From a virus (taxonomy: Duplodnaviria; Caudoviricetes), in the IMG/VR virus record IMGVR_UViG_3300043093_000048, positions 201,110 through 265,109 of that record: DNA of 64,000 bases. One strand, given 5' to 3'. The position numbers were made by a program, and so were the translations under genes. Each line of letters opens with the position of its first letter. Within the stretch, counting starts at the first letter, position 1. The notes under the pieces were generated by a model. That model did not search any database and was not told where the DNA came from. It saw only the letters and a list, made by a program, of their open reading frames with translations. Of the stretch, positions 49,170-59,071 are shown in pieces.

Positions 49170-50906
49170 ATGTCTTCTTATAAACAAATTTTAAGTAATT
49201 CTAAAAGAAATATAATAGATCAACCTAATATAATAAAGAGTAAAATTAATTATAATTATGAGAAATATTATAATACTCCTAAAATGATTTTAGTTATTGA
49301 AAATAAACAAATTTCTAAAGAAGTTTTAAATACTTTAGCACTTAATGATGATAATATTTCATTTAATATAGATTATGATGAACTAAATCCTGCTGTTTCT
49401 ACTAATATTTTTAATTTCTTTAACCAATGGCATAGTAATTTAATAACCTCTATTGATGAAGAAACTGGTAGTAAATATGATAATGCTTTTTATACTAATA
49501 ACTATAATTTTGCTTATCATTATTTTATAGATAAAAAAGGTAATATATATGAAGGAAGACCGCATAATATAAGAGCCTTTAATTTAGATATCTATAAATA
49601 TGATAGAGAAATAGAAAGTGTTGAATCAAATAGAATATATGATGATAGTGGTAAAAGATTTCTTCCATTACTCAATCAAGGAAATCTTTTATTTAATGAT
49701 TGCTTAGTTATTTTAACTGAAGAACAAACAGATAGTATTGATACTACTAATGCTACATATACAGCTTTAAAAACATTATTAGTTTATTTAAGACAAAATT
49801 ATGGATATGATAAATTCTTTGGATATAGTGAATTAAAAGGTGTTCCTTTTTCACAAGAAGATTATGAAAATAAAGATATATATAAATATAATAATCCAGG
49901 AGTATTTTTTAAAATTAATGAATTACATTCAGCAGTTGAAAATACACAATTAGTTTCTTATAATAAAGTTAATGGCTCTACTATTACAACTTATACATAT
50001 GGTAAAAGATCTCTTAAATATAATAAACCAAAACAAATGGAAGGTAATGACGTAATAATGTGTCAAAAAATGTTATATAAATTAGGACTATTGCCTAAAT
50101 ATAAAAGCATCACTGGATCATACAATTTAGAAACTAAAAATGCTATTAAAGAATTTCAGCAAAAATATTATATAACACCAGAAAATGATTATGGTATGGC
50201 AGATGTTAATACACTTAATATTCTAAGAAGTAAAATATATGATAAAAAAATGGAGAATATTAAATTAATTGATGATAATTATTCTCCATTTAGAGTATTA
50301 GAATATATTGAAGATAATAATATGACTGGTTATGATGTATTAATATTGCAAACTAAACTTAAGAAAATAATTTATCCAATTCTAGAAGTTAATGGTATTT
50401 TTGATGAATATACTAGAGATGCTGTATTACTCTTTCAAGCAAAATACTCAACATATGTAGATGGTGAAATGATTGATGGAAAAGTTGGTCCTGCTACTTG
50501 GAAATTAATAATTGAAAATACAGATACTATTTTTGTTAGCAATAGTGATAGCTATATTGAAGGAGCTATTACACCTACTAAATGTACAGTTAGTAAAGCT
50601 AATATTACTTATCTACAACAGGCTCTTAATAAAATGCTTAAAACATATGGGGTTGAAATTCCAGTAACTGGTGGTTATGATGAATTAACTCAAAAATATA
50701 TTAAGATGATTAATGAAAATGAATCTAATAGAAAAATTATTGGTTTAGATAAATATACTTATATAGATGAAAATGGAGAAACACAGTATTTAGATTGGAC
50801 AAATGATGCTGTTCTTAAAACTTGTTATCCTGCTGAATTTATTTGGTTAATAAAGCATTATTTATTAAATGAAGATATAGATTTAGATTTAGTTCGTGAA
50901 AATTAA
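49170..50906 (+). CDS. Amidase_2/PGRP-fold protein with three peptidoglycan-binding domains; Zn ligands appear substituted
   Basis: AYHYFIDKKGNIYEGRP amidase motif; GNDVIMCQKMLYKLG...AIKEFQ, GYDVLILQTKL...DGKVGPATW and YLQQALN..G..TGGYD PG_binding_1-type repeats. Confidence 0.8.
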   Translation: MSSYKQILSNSKRNIIDQPNIIKSKINYNYEKYYNTPKMILVIENKQISKEVLNTLALNDDNISFNIDYDELNPAVSTNIFNFFNQWHSNLITSIDEETGSKYDNAFYTNNYNFAYHYFIDKKGNIYEGRPHNIRAFNLDIYKYDREIESVESNRIYDDSGKRFLPLLNQGNLLFNDCLVILTEEQTDSIDTTNATYTALKTLLVYLRQNYGYDKFFGYSELKGVPFSQEDYENKDIYKYNNPGVFFKINELHSAVENTQLVSYNKVNGSTITTYTYGKRSLKYNKPKQMEGNDVIMCQKMLYKLGLLPKYKSITGSYNLETKNAIKEFQQKYYITPENDYGMADVNTLNILRSKIYDKKMENIKLIDDNYSPFRVLEYIEDNNMTGYDVLILQTKLKKIIYPILEVNGIFDEYTRDAVLLFQAKYSTYVDGEMIDGKVGPATWKLIIENTDTIFVSNSDSYIEGAITPTKCTVSKANITYLQQALNKMLKTYGVEIPVTGGYDELTQKYIKMINENESNRKIIGLDKYTYIDENGETQYLDWTNDAVLKTCYPAEFIWLIKHYLLNEDIDLDLVREN

Positions 50907-50942
50907 TTTGTTATTTATATAAAAATTCTAATTTAACAAATA

Positions 50943-50962
50943 AAATATATATTATTTTTATG
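50943..50962 (+). promoter_or_regulatory. early promoter AAATATATATTAT-N4-ATG
   Basis: Matches the early consensus; upstream of the RNAP gene at 51003. Confidence 0.75.
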
Positions 50963-51002
50963 TACAAAAATGTATAATAAAATTAAATAGGAGGAATAAT
51001 TT

Positions 51003-52346
51003 ATGCATTTTAAAGTTATTAATTTTGACGACATTTACAAACCTGAAAACGTTATTACTTCTACTGATTATATCAGTAGTGGTAAAAAGGAGAAGTTCAA
51101 TGATGATGGTCTTTTCTCTGAAAGGATTTTTGGAGAAAATGCCGATGATACTTCAATTGACACAATTGGATGGATTTTATTTAAAGGGTTTAAGGTAATT
51201 TCACCTCTACATTTTGAAAGACTTAAAAAAGTCTTCAAGAATAAACCTTTGAATAAGATGTTGTCATATGAAACAAAGACTAATGAAACAGGTGAATTAC
51301 TTCCAGTAGAAAACCTTGCTAATGATTGGTATAATATTGGAATTATTGGTTTCATTAACAACTTTGAACAAATATTAGAAGAATTAGGCAATAAAGAAGT
51401 TCCTGAATATAAAACTATTAAGAAAGTTTATGATGATGGATTACTCTTTATTGATAAGTTTCCTGTAATATCTTCTAAGCTAAGACCTGGTATGATTATT
51501 AAAGGTAGTAAAAATAAAAATAAAAATAAGAAGATTACTAAAACTACTGTTAAATATGATGATATTAATGGTCTTTATAATTTTATCTTAAAGTATTCTT
51601 TAGATATCCAAAAAAATCTTGAAACTATTGGTGGCATTGATCATATTGAAGATGAATGTAATGCAGATATTAAAGCAGGAATTTATCCTATGCTTTATAA
51701 TCTTCAGGATTATTGTAATCAAGTAATTATTTATATTATTAATAACTTCCTTAAAGAAAAGAAAGGAACATTAAGAAAACATATCGCTTCTTCTAGAGTT
51801 AATTATTCTGCAAGAAATGTATTGACTCCAAGACTTAAAGGAAATATTAATGATGTAGAATTACCTTATTTAACATTCCTTGAGCTATTTAGATTTCCAT
51901 TAACTAATATGATAGTAAAAGGCGAAGGAATCACTTATAATGAAGCCGATGAATATATTCAGAATAGTAAAAGATATTTTAATAAAAAGCTTTATAATTA
52001 TATGAATGAATATATTAAGAATAGTAAGGAAGGTGTTTCAATACTTCTTAATAGAAATCCATCTATTGCTATTGGTTCTATATTACAACTTAATGTAGCT
52101 GGAGTTAAAAGTGATTTTAGTGATTTAACTATTTCTGTAAGTAATAACATTCTATCTAATCTCAACGCTGATTATGATGGTGATGTTTTAAATATTTTTG
52201 CTTTGTTAACTCAGGAGCAAAAACATTATTTTGATACACTAAAACCAACTAATTTAATCATCGATAAAAACAACGGAAAATTCGACAGAGGATTTTCTTT
52301 GTCTAAGGATGCTAGATATGGATTAGAAATCCTTACAAAGATTTAA
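51003..52346 (+). CDS. phage multisubunit RNA polymerase beta'-like catalytic subunit (probably non-virion RNAP)
   Basis: GLFSERIFG, LRP, RVNYSARNV, LLNRNPSI and catalytic NADYDGD; the early promoter implies nvRNAP. Confidence 0.92.
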   Translation: MHFKVINFDDIYKPENVITSTDYISSGKKEKFNDDGLFSERIFGENADDTSIDTIGWILFKGFKVISPLHFERLKKVFKNKPLNKMLSYETKTNETGELLPVENLANDWYNIGIIGFINNFEQILEELGNKEVPEYKTIKKVYDDGLLFIDKFPVISSKLRPGMIIKGSKNKNKNKKITKTTVKYDDINGLYNFILKYSLDIQKNLETIGGIDHIEDECNADIKAGIYPMLYNLQDYCNQVIIYIINNFLKEKKGTLRKHIASSRVNYSARNVLTPRLKGNINDVELPYLTFLELFRFPLTNMIVKGEGITYNEADEYIQNSKRYFNKKLYNYMNEYIKNSKEGVSILLNRNPSIAIGSILQLNVAGVKSDFSDLTISVSNNILSNLNADYDGDVLNIFALLTQEQKHYFDTLKPTNLIIDKNNGKFDRGFSLSKDARYGLEILTKI

Positions 52347-52358
52347 AATAAATTTAAT

Positions 52359-52398
52359 TTGAAGTAACTCTTCTTTAAGAGTTACTTCAATATTTTTT
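52359..52398 (+). terminator. intrinsic terminator
   Basis: TTGAAGTAACTCTT/AAGAGTTACTTCAA stem plus T tract. Confidence 0.75.
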
Positions 52399-52444
52399 AG
52401 AAAGGTAAAATTTATATGATTTTTAAAATATAAATTCAAAATAT

Positions 52445-52464
52445 AAATTTATATTATATTAATG
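52445..52464 (+). promoter_or_regulatory. early promoter variant AAATTTATATTAT-N4-ATG
   Basis: One mismatch to the consensus; heads the 52501-55364 cluster. Confidence 0.6.
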
Positions 52465-52500
52465 ATAAAATTTTATAATTTTATTAAATAACTAAAAGGA

Positions 52501-53052
52501 GTGAAAAGAATGTCAAAGAAAAAAAATAAAAAAAGGAGGAATAGAAATAGTTATATTCCACGTAAAAGAGTGGAAGTAGATTCACCTCTTTCTTTGGAAG
52601 TAATGCATATTACTGAAAAGATTCAAGAAGAGGAAGGAAACTTATTTAAATTAGACAAAGAAAAAAGGGCTATTGTTGAAACAATTGTCGATAAAATTTT
52701 GCTCAATTCAGAGCTAAAAGATTTAATTAGTAACTATTGCTGTTTAAATCATGAAATCGAAGAGAGAAAAAACACACAAAATAATCGTAAGAGAGATTTG
52801 GAATATAAGCAGTCTAAGTTAACTGAAGAAAATAAAACTGAAGTTAAAGTAATTACTGATTATATGAAAATCGGAGATGACGAAAGACCTGTTGGACTTT
52901 ATAATACAGAATGTAAACATCCTGTAGCAATCTGTAAGCAAAAAGAAGTATACTTATCATATACAGATATAAAATTTAAAGGCTGTTTAAAACATAAAGA
53001 TAAGAAACCATGTAAACATTTACAATGGCTTCCTACAGACAAATATTTTTAA
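52501..53052 (+). CDS. hypothetical basic protein with C-terminal Cys/His cluster (likely start ATG 52510)
   Basis: CKHP..C...GCL...CKHL; AAGGAG RBS. Confidence 0.65.
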   Translation: MKRMSKKKNKKRRNRNSYIPRKRVEVDSPLSLEVMHITEKIQEEEGNLFKLDKEKRAIVETIVDKILLNSELKDLISNYCCLNHEIEERKNTQNNRKRDLEYKQSKLTEENKTEVKVITDYMKIGDDERPVGLYNTECKHPVAICKQKEVYLSYTDIKFKGCLKHKDKKPCKHLQWLPTDKYF

Positions 53053-53072
53053 TTCATGAGGAGGAAATCATA

Positions 53073-53636
53073 ATGACTACTAGAAAAGATTTAAACTTTT
53101 TAATTTTATGTGGAGGTACTGGTAGTGGAAAAAGTTATATTAAAAATATGCTATGCGGACAACAGGGTGAATTTAACGCAGATCAAAGATTAACTTTTAA
53201 TTCACCAATTCAAGTCACTACAAGAAAACAAAGAGAGGAAGAACCTTATAATTCTTATTTATTTATCAATAAAGAAACTTATGATGAACTTGTACTTAAT
53301 AGTTGCCTAACTGCAAAGACACATTTTCATGATAATTATTATGGTACTTTAAAGAGCTCTTTAGTATATGGTAGATATGCAATTAATGTAATTGTAGCTT
53401 CTAAAGAAGGTGCTGCTGATATTGCTAATATGTATGAAACAGATTCTTTTGTAAATATTAAAAAGGCTTTAATTCTTTCAGATATTAATGATGAAATTAT
53501 TGAAGCACATCATCGCAATAAGGATTTTGTAAAACAGGAAATCTATGATCTTTTAGCAGATTCTTATGATTACTATATTCCAAATTATATTGGAAAAAGA
53601 GCAACTCTTAAAGATGTTTTATCAATAATTTCTTAA
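53073..53636 (+). CDS. gmk: guanylate kinase-like P-loop nucleotide kinase
   Basis: GGTGSGKS P-loop, TTRKQREEE, YLFI, NYYGT; GAGGAGG RBS favours ATG 53073. Confidence 0.8.
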   Translation: MTTRKDLNFLILCGGTGSGKSYIKNMLCGQQGEFNADQRLTFNSPIQVTTRKQREEEPYNSYLFINKETYDELVLNSCLTAKTHFHDNYYGTLKSSLVYGRYAINVIVASKEGAADIANMYETDSFVNIKKALILSDINDEIIEAHHRNKDFVKQEIYDLLADSYDYYIPNYIGKRATLKDVLSIIS

Positions 53637-53647
53637 AAGGAGAATGT

Positions 53648-54241
53648 ATGAAAGAATTAACTATCTATTCGGATGGTGGCTCTTTCAATAATGGCTATAA
53701 AGACCCAGACAAACCAATGTATGGGTCTTATGGCTCTATTATTGTAAGAGATGGAGAAATAATTCATGAATATAGTGATTGGTATGAAAATATGACCAAT
53801 AATCAAGGAGAACTTTATGGATTTATTAAAGCATATATGCAATTTTTAAAAGGTTATAAATCAAATGAACCTTATACAATTACAGTTGTATCAGATTCTC
53901 AATATCTGATAAATGGTGTTAATAAATACTTAAATAACTGGAAGAAGAAAGATTGGCATACTGCTTCGGGTGATGATGTTAAGAATAAAAATATGTGGAA
54001 AATTATAGATTTTCTAATAAATTTTAATCCAAACATCAAATTAATTTTTAAATGGCAAAAAGGACATAAAGGTAAGACAGTTAGTAAAGAAGAAAATATT
54101 GATATATATTTTAATGAACACTGTGATTCAATAGCTACTGAACAAATTAGTTTTGCTGTTGAAAATGGTGGAAAATACTTTCCACCAGATGTGTTTGAAA
54201 ATATTATTGATAGTTTAGTAAAATTATTTAATATAAATTAA
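53648..54241 (+). CDS. rnhA: ribonuclease HI
   Basis: YSDGG, TNNQGEL, SDSQY, VKNKNMW, WQKGH and NEHCD catalytic motifs. Confidence 0.93.
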   Translation: MKELTIYSDGGSFNNGYKDPDKPMYGSYGSIIVRDGEIIHEYSDWYENMTNNQGELYGFIKAYMQFLKGYKSNEPYTITVVSDSQYLINGVNKYLNNWKKKDWHTASGDDVKNKNMWKIIDFLINFNPNIKLIFKWQKGHKGKTVSKEENIDIYFNEHCDSIATEQISFAVENGGKYFPPDVFENIIDSLVKLFNIN

Positions 54242-54257
54242 AAGGAGTAAAAATATT

Positions 54258-55364
54258 ATGAGTAATTATTCAATTGATGTATTTATTAAGAAGATGGAAA
54301 AGGAATTTGTTAATCAGCCTATGGTAATTTATGGTACAATTTATAATAGTTGTACTTATATGTATAAGGTTGATAAGAATACACTTTTATTTAGAGTTGA
54401 TACAATGGATCAGGAAGTTCTTGATGATTCAGTAATTAGTAAGTCAACTAAGGAATTTAAGCTTCCTATTATTGATTGTGGTTCACTTTCTCAGAATCAT
54501 GTAACTGTTAAGAATTATTATGATTTTTGGATGCCACTTGAAGATTTTATTAAGGCTGATTCAACTAATGAATTTAAGTCTAATAAAAATAATCTTTCTA
54601 GAAATAAGACTTATAAGTCATATATTCCTGAAAGAGAAAATATAAAGGATATTAATAAATATAAGATTAAGGATATTAAGAGTAAGTGTAAAGATAATAA
54701 TAAGCTAGATAATAAGAAGAAGACTACTTTTAATGATTATCTTGCTAGTAATAAGAATAAGGAAAAGTCACTTGCTGAAAAATATAATGAAAAATTCAAT
54801 AGCTATGTAAAGAAGATTACTTCATTACCTTTAGATCTTATTGATGTTCTTTCAAATAATACTACAGTTTCTTATGAAAAGAATAGAATGGATAGCGAAA
54901 CTATTTACTATGATATTACTTATAATCGTAAGACTTTAGATGGAGTTTATTATCTTGCTGGTTGGGATAAGAAGCAAGAATTAATCTTCTTTAGAAATGT
55001 TAAGACTAATAATAAGATGTCAATTGGTTTAAATTCTCTTGCCACAGGAACAACTGCAGTTTCTATTCATGAAGATAAGAAGAATCAGAAAGAATCACTT
55101 TCAGAATTTATTGATAAGATTTATTCTATTTATGATGATGAATGTGAATATAATAATTGTGAACCATGTAATTGTTGTAAGAAAGAAACTACTAATGAAA
55201 AGGATAGTGAATTTGATGTTGTTTCCTTTGAAGATTTCATTAAGTTAATTTCTGATTATAATAAGAATGAAGATAATAAGGAAGATGATAAGTTTAAAAT
55301 TACAAAGCTTACTGAAGATGAAGCTAGTAGTATCATTCCTTTCTTAACTATGCTTTTTGATTAA
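54258..55364 (+). CDS. hypothetical early protein
   Basis: AAGGAG RBS, 368-aa ORF, AAG/CTT-rich codon style like other early genes. Confidence 0.75.
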   Translation: MSNYSIDVFIKKMEKEFVNQPMVIYGTIYNSCTYMYKVDKNTLLFRVDTMDQEVLDDSVISKSTKEFKLPIIDCGSLSQNHVTVKNYYDFWMPLEDFIKADSTNEFKSNKNNLSRNKTYKSYIPERENIKDINKYKIKDIKSKCKDNNKLDNKKKTTFNDYLASNKNKEKSLAEKYNEKFNSYVKKITSLPLDLIDVLSNNTTVSYEKNRMDSETIYYDITYNRKTLDGVYYLAGWDKKQELIFFRNVKTNNKMSIGLNSLATGTTAVSIHEDKKNQKESLSEFIDKIYSIYDDECEYNNCEPCNCCKKETTNEKDSEFDVVSFEDFIKLISDYNKNEDNKEDDKFKITKLTEDEASSIIPFLTMLFD

Positions 55365-55383
55365 TTAATTCAATATAAAATAA

Positions 55384-55420
55384 TGAATGAGAACTACTAA
55401 TCTTTAGTAGTTCTCATTCA
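55384..55420. terminator. 17-bp-stem hairpin
   Basis: TGAATGAGAACTACTAA-TCT-TTAGTAGTTCTCATTCA. Confidence 0.6.
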
Positions 55421-55444
55421 ATTTAATTAAAGGAGAAAATAAAA

Positions 55445-55687
55445 ATGAATAATGAAGAATTATTTAAAATTTTAGATGAAGGAAATTTCAATGTTGAAAA
55501 AGATGATAATAATGATAGAATTAAATTAGTTTTTACAACTAGCTTTGGTTTTAAAACTGATATTATTAGTGATATTTCATTATATACTTCAAATATTGAA
55601 TTATGCGAAGAATATTTTAAATTAAAAAAGAATGAAATTACTGATGAAGATATTGAAGATTTAGAATATTATAGTGAATGGAGATGA
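55445..55687 (+). CDS. hypothetical acidic protein
   Basis: AAGGAG RBS, 80 aa. Confidence 0.7.
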   Translation: MNNEELFKILDEGNFNVEKDDNNDRIKLVFTTSFGFKTDIISDISLYTSNIELCEEYFKLKKNEITDEDIEDLEYYSEWR

Positions 55688-55693
55688 AATTAA

Positions 55694-56197
55694 ATGACTG
55701 CTGATCTATATATTAGATATACAGCAGTTATATTCACAATAATTGCACTAATTTTATTAGTGCAATTATTTTTTAGCCTATATAGGATAATTTTTAGAAA
55801 TAATGGGCAAAGTAATATAACTGCTAATAATTCAACTTATCAAAAGATAATGGAAGATTTAGATAAAATAGTTCAAAGAAAATGTTATACTGCTTATAGA
55901 AGAGCTTTACAGCCTTATGTCAATAAGGCTTTAAAAAATAAACCATTAATAAATGATAAAGTAGTGAATGAAATTTCAATACAAATAACTAAAGAATTAT
56001 TTGAAGAATTATCTAATGAATATTTACAGAAATTATATGCTATTTATAAAGAAGAAAAAGTTGAAGATATTATTTTAGAATTAGTATATAATACTGTAAC
56101 TGAAATGGCTATGAATATTAATAAAAATTCTATAAATAAAATGAACTTTATAAATAGAATAGGAACTATTCAAAAGAATGATTTTGATAGTGAATAA
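55694..56197 (+). CDS. hypothetical protein with N-terminal transmembrane helix
   Basis: YTAVIFTIIALILLVQLFFSLY segment; GGAG RBS. Confidence 0.7.
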   Translation: MTADLYIRYTAVIFTIIALILLVQLFFSLYRIIFRNNGQSNITANNSTYQKIMEDLDKIVQRKCYTAYRRALQPYVNKALKNKPLINDKVVNEISIQITKELFEELSNEYLQKLYAIYKEEKVEDIILELVYNTVTEMAMNINKNSINKMNFINRIGTIQKNDFDSE

Positions 56198-56202
56198 ATT
56201 AT

Positions 56203-56238
56203 TCCCATAAGAACTTTTGTTCTTATGGGATTTTTTTT
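56203..56238. terminator. bidirectional terminator between convergent genes
   Basis: TCCCATAAGAAC/GTTCTTATGGGA stem plus T tract. Confidence 0.75.
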
Positions 56239-56996
56239 TAGGCTACTTCATCCATTTCTTCTAATTTAATTTTTTCTAAGAAATCAGTATTTTGCATTTC
56301 TAAGTATACTTTCTTAATTTGTAATTTAGATAAATCTAATTCAGTTTCTCCATCAATTATTTCATTAGTTTTATTTTGAATTAAATTTAATACTTCTTTA
56401 TAATTACTATAATCTTTAGCATTATATTCTTCAATAAATTTATCATAATTACCAAATACAAATTCATCAGTTAAAGGTATAAATAACTCTCCTGCATGGT
56501 ATAATTCATGAGGTGTTATAGTTAAAGGAACTAAACCTACTTTACCTTCATAATGAAGTCTTAAAACTTCTTTAGAAATTGAAAAAGGATTTAATACTCT
56601 ATCAAATTTCTTTTTATTAACTGGATCTTCTTTTTGATCTTTTATTCTATTTTGAATTACAATAGATACTATATCAAAAATAGTAAATGGATAATGATGC
56701 ATTTCAAAGGATATTTTATTTACATCCATAATATCAATATTTTTAAAGAAAGCACATTTAGTTAAATCAAATTCAGTTTTTAATAGTTTAATATATTTTC
56801 TATATTCATAACTACTACGAACCATTTTTACTATTTGTTTAGTATAATCGGTTAAAGCTTTTTCATCATCAAGCACATCCATATATAATTCTCTAAAATC
56901 AGTAAAATTATTTTCATTTACTGGTAAGATTACATTATTTTTAGTTTCTATTTTATTTTTAGGGATTAAAGTTTCATCTAATTTTGGTATTAACAT
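56238..56996 (-). CDS. conserved jumbo-phage protein with His-Me-finger/HNH-like motifs
   Basis: VRSSYEYRKY...C...EMHHYP...LVPLTITPHELYH; late promoter at 57024-57035. Confidence 0.55.
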   Translation of the reverse strand: MLIPKLDETLIPKNKIETKNNVILPVNENNFTDFRELYMDVLDDEKALTDYTKQIVKMVRSSYEYRKYIKLLKTEFDLTKCAFFKNIDIMDVNKISFEMHHYPFTIFDIVSIVIQNRIKDQKEDPVNKKKFDRVLNPFSISKEVLRLHYEGKVGLVPLTITPHELYHAGELFIPLTDEFVFGNYDKFIEEYNAKDYSNYKEVLNLIQNKTNEIIDGETELDLSKLQIKKVYLEMQNTDFLEKIKLEEMDEVA

Positions 56997-57023
56997 ATTT
57001 ATTCACCTTCTTTATAATAAATA

Positions 57024-57056
57024 TAATAGATAGTTTTTTAATAAAACTATTATTTA
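57024..57056. promoter_or_regulatory. back-to-back late promoters AACT-N6-TA (57024-57035 minus; 57045-57056 plus)
   Basis: Minus AACT ATCTAT TA and plus AACT ATTATT TA in a divergent intergenic region. Confidence 0.6.
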
Positions 57057-57085
57057 TATTAATTTACTTAAGGAAGTGATAATAA

Positions 57086-57715
57086 ATGGATTATTCTTAT
57101 TTTTTAGAAGAAGATGATAATACTAAAAAAAGTAGTAAAATAAAAAAAGGTGCAGCTTTAGGTGTAGGAGCTTTAGGTGTAGGAGCTTTAGGTGTAGGAG
57201 CTACTGCAGCAGGAATAACTATTGATATTCTTAAAAAAGATTTTAATAGATATAAAAAATTGGGCGGTTATAGAACTTTTAAATCATATATTATTCAAAG
57301 AAAAAAAGGTAAAACTAATAGTGATTTAATAGAAGAAGAAAAGATAGAAATAAAAAATAGTAGAGAACTTAAAGATATGGAAGAAGAAAAAAAGCCTAAA
57401 AGAAGATTTAGTGAATCATTATATGATTCTATTAATGGAGAACATATAACTGATGTTTTTGATAATTTTGAAGATAAGTTTAGTAATGATAATACTACTG
57501 AGCTAACTACATTTAAAGATATGGAACAAAGAAGAGGATTCCCAAGTAATGATTTTGATCATAAAAAAATTAACTTAATGAAAGCTATATATGAAAGAGA
57601 TAAACATAATAGCATTAATCAAAAAGTATTTGATAAAATGAATTATTTAAGAGAAGAACAATACTGCGATTTATATTTAGAAGGTTATTATGATGCATTA
57701 GTTGATATATCTTAA
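57086..57715 (+). CDS. small late protein with (ALGVG)3 hydrophobic repeat and C-terminal YLEGYYDAL tag
   Basis: 15-nt tandem repeat at 57155-57199; motif at 57674-57700. Confidence 0.75.
   Translation: MDYSYFLEEDDNTKKSSKIKKGAALGVGALGVGALGVGATAAGITIDILKKDFNRYKKLGGYRTFKSYIIQRKKGKTNSDLIEEEKIEIKNSRELKDMEEEKKPKRRFSESLYDSINGEHITDVFDNFEDKFSNDNTTELTTFKDMEQRRGFPSNDFDHKKINLMKAIYERDKHNSINQKVFDKMNYLREEQYCDLYLEGYYDALVDIS
57155..57199 (+). repeat. 3 x 15-nt tandem repeat GCTTTAGGTGTAGGA
   Basis: Exact triplication encoding ALGVG x3. Confidence 0.9.
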
Positions 57716-57723
57716 TTAAAAAT

Positions 57724-57758
57724 AATTTCTTATAGAGATAACATCTCTATAAGAAATT
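57724..57758 (+). terminator. hairpin terminator
   Basis: AATTTCTTATAGAGAT/ATCTCTATAAGAAATT. Confidence 0.6.
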
Positions 57759-57785
57759 TATTAAACCGTATTAAACTATATATTT

Positions 57786-57805
57786 GTATATATATTATAA
57801 TTGTG
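57786..57805 (+). promoter_or_regulatory. early promoter TATATATATTAT-N4-GTG
   Basis: Consensus match ~180 nt upstream of 57985. Confidence 0.65.
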
Positions 57806-57984
57806 AATAAAGTATTTAATTACTTATATTCATAATAGTGTAGATAATTAAATCCAATAGCACTTAAATAAATATTGGAGTTTGTATGTTCCTTCGAAGG
57901 AAACTTGTGACCTGAAAAGATAGGGTCGTTATACAAGATAACAGAGTAGAAATAATATAGTACAAATATATTTCGGAGGTCATT

Positions 57985-58218
57985 ATGACTAACAATGCTA
58001 AGAGAAACAATAATTCATATTCTTTCATCACTATTGGCACAAAGCCTACAAAGGCTTCTACACATGACATCGTACATGATACTGCAATTAGTACTGTAAC
58101 AACTGTTGTTGTAAGCGCACTTGCAAGTGCTGCAGTTGGTGGTGTTCAGTGTGGAATAGCTAAGATGAAAGCTAGAAAAGAAGAGAAGAAGAGAAGAAAG
58201 GAAGAAAGAAACTTCTAA
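57985..58218 (+). CDS. small single-TM protein with basic C-terminal tail
   Basis: GGAGGT RBS; TAISTVTTVVVSALASAAVGGVQCGIA followed by KMKARKEEKKRRK. Confidence 0.65.
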   Translation: MTNNAKRNNNSYSFITIGTKPTKASTHDIVHDTAISTVTTVVVSALASAAVGGVQCGIAKMKARKEEKKRRKEERNF

Positions 58219-58260
58219 ATAATCTCTATCTCTGTGAATATTTAATCTCTCTGAATTCTT

Positions 58261-58295
58261 AAAAGAAGCCTATAAATATGAGGCTTCTTTTTTTT
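58261..58295. terminator. bidirectional terminator
   Basis: AAAAGAAGCCT/AGGCTTCTTTT stem with A and T tracts between convergent genes. Confidence 0.75.
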
Positions 58296-59040
58296 AGTTT
58301 TCTTCTCTAAGTTCATTAATCATATCGACTAATTTATCATATTTTTTATCATATACTTTAATATAATGTACCTTTTTATTTTTTACATCATCCATTACAG
58401 ATTCTTCTTTAAGAACTTCTAATCCATAATCTCTATCTCTATATCCATGACCTGACTGTGTTCCTTTAACTTCTATTAATAATTTAATATCAGCTAAATA
58501 AATATCTGGTATATAAAAATGTCTTTTTCCTTCATACATATATCTATAAACTTGTGGTGCAGGTGCGAATACTTCACAACTAGGATATTGTAAAACTTTA
58601 TCTAAATATTCTAATATATCTTTTTCATATGTTCCTGTATATGTAAATATCTTTCCATCTGTCCATTTATATTTTCCCGAAATCTTTCTATTCTCTAACA
58701 TTTGTTTTTGTCTTTCAGGATCTTGTAATTGTGTTATAGGATCTTTTCCTTTAGCTAACATTCTACTTCTGAACTTAGCAACATAAGCATCTTTACATTT
58801 AGGATTTTTACATAATCTATCATATTTTTCAGTTTTTTCATTAAATTGAGTTTCTTTTCCACATTCTGTACATTTTCCTTTATGCGTTTTATTTCTATTT
58901 CTAAAGTCAAAATAATAATGAGCAGGAGTTAATCCTAATAAATTATCTCTATGTAAATTGTCCATGTGATCGTATAATGATTGTTTTGAAACATATTTTT
59001 TATCACAGAAAGGACATTTAAAAGTTTTATTATTAACCAT
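58294..59040 (-). CDS. C2H2 zinc-finger plus PD-(D/E)xK (TnsA-N-like) nuclease
   Basis: CPFC...HMDNLH; CTEC...CKNPKC; HFYIPDIY...LIEVKG; late promoter at 59072-59083. Confidence 0.75.
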   Translation of the reverse strand: MVNNKTFKCPFCDKKYVSKQSLYDHMDNLHRDNLLGLTPAHYYFDFRNRNKTHKGKCTECGKETQFNEKTEKYDRLCKNPKCKDAYVAKFRSRMLAKGKDPITQLQDPERQKQMLENRKISGKYKWTDGKIFTYTGTYEKDILEYLDKVLQYPSCEVFAPAPQVYRYMYEGKRHFYIPDIYLADIKLLIEVKGTQSGHGYRDRDYGLEVLKEESVMDDVKNKKVHYIKVYDKKYDKLVDMINELREEN

Positions 59041-59071
59041 CTGTTTTTCACCTCTTTATTTTAAAGTCTAA

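Noticed and set aside
57880-57965. Hammerhead ribozyme (GAAAC and CTGA elements near stems)
   Set aside because: No CUGANGA core in the required order relative to the stems; kept only as an unclassified structured leader.
58294-59040. Tn7-like transposon suggested by the TnsA-like nuclease motif
   Set aside because: No TnsB/C genes or terminal repeats; the gene has a phage late promoter and looks like a resident phage nuclease.
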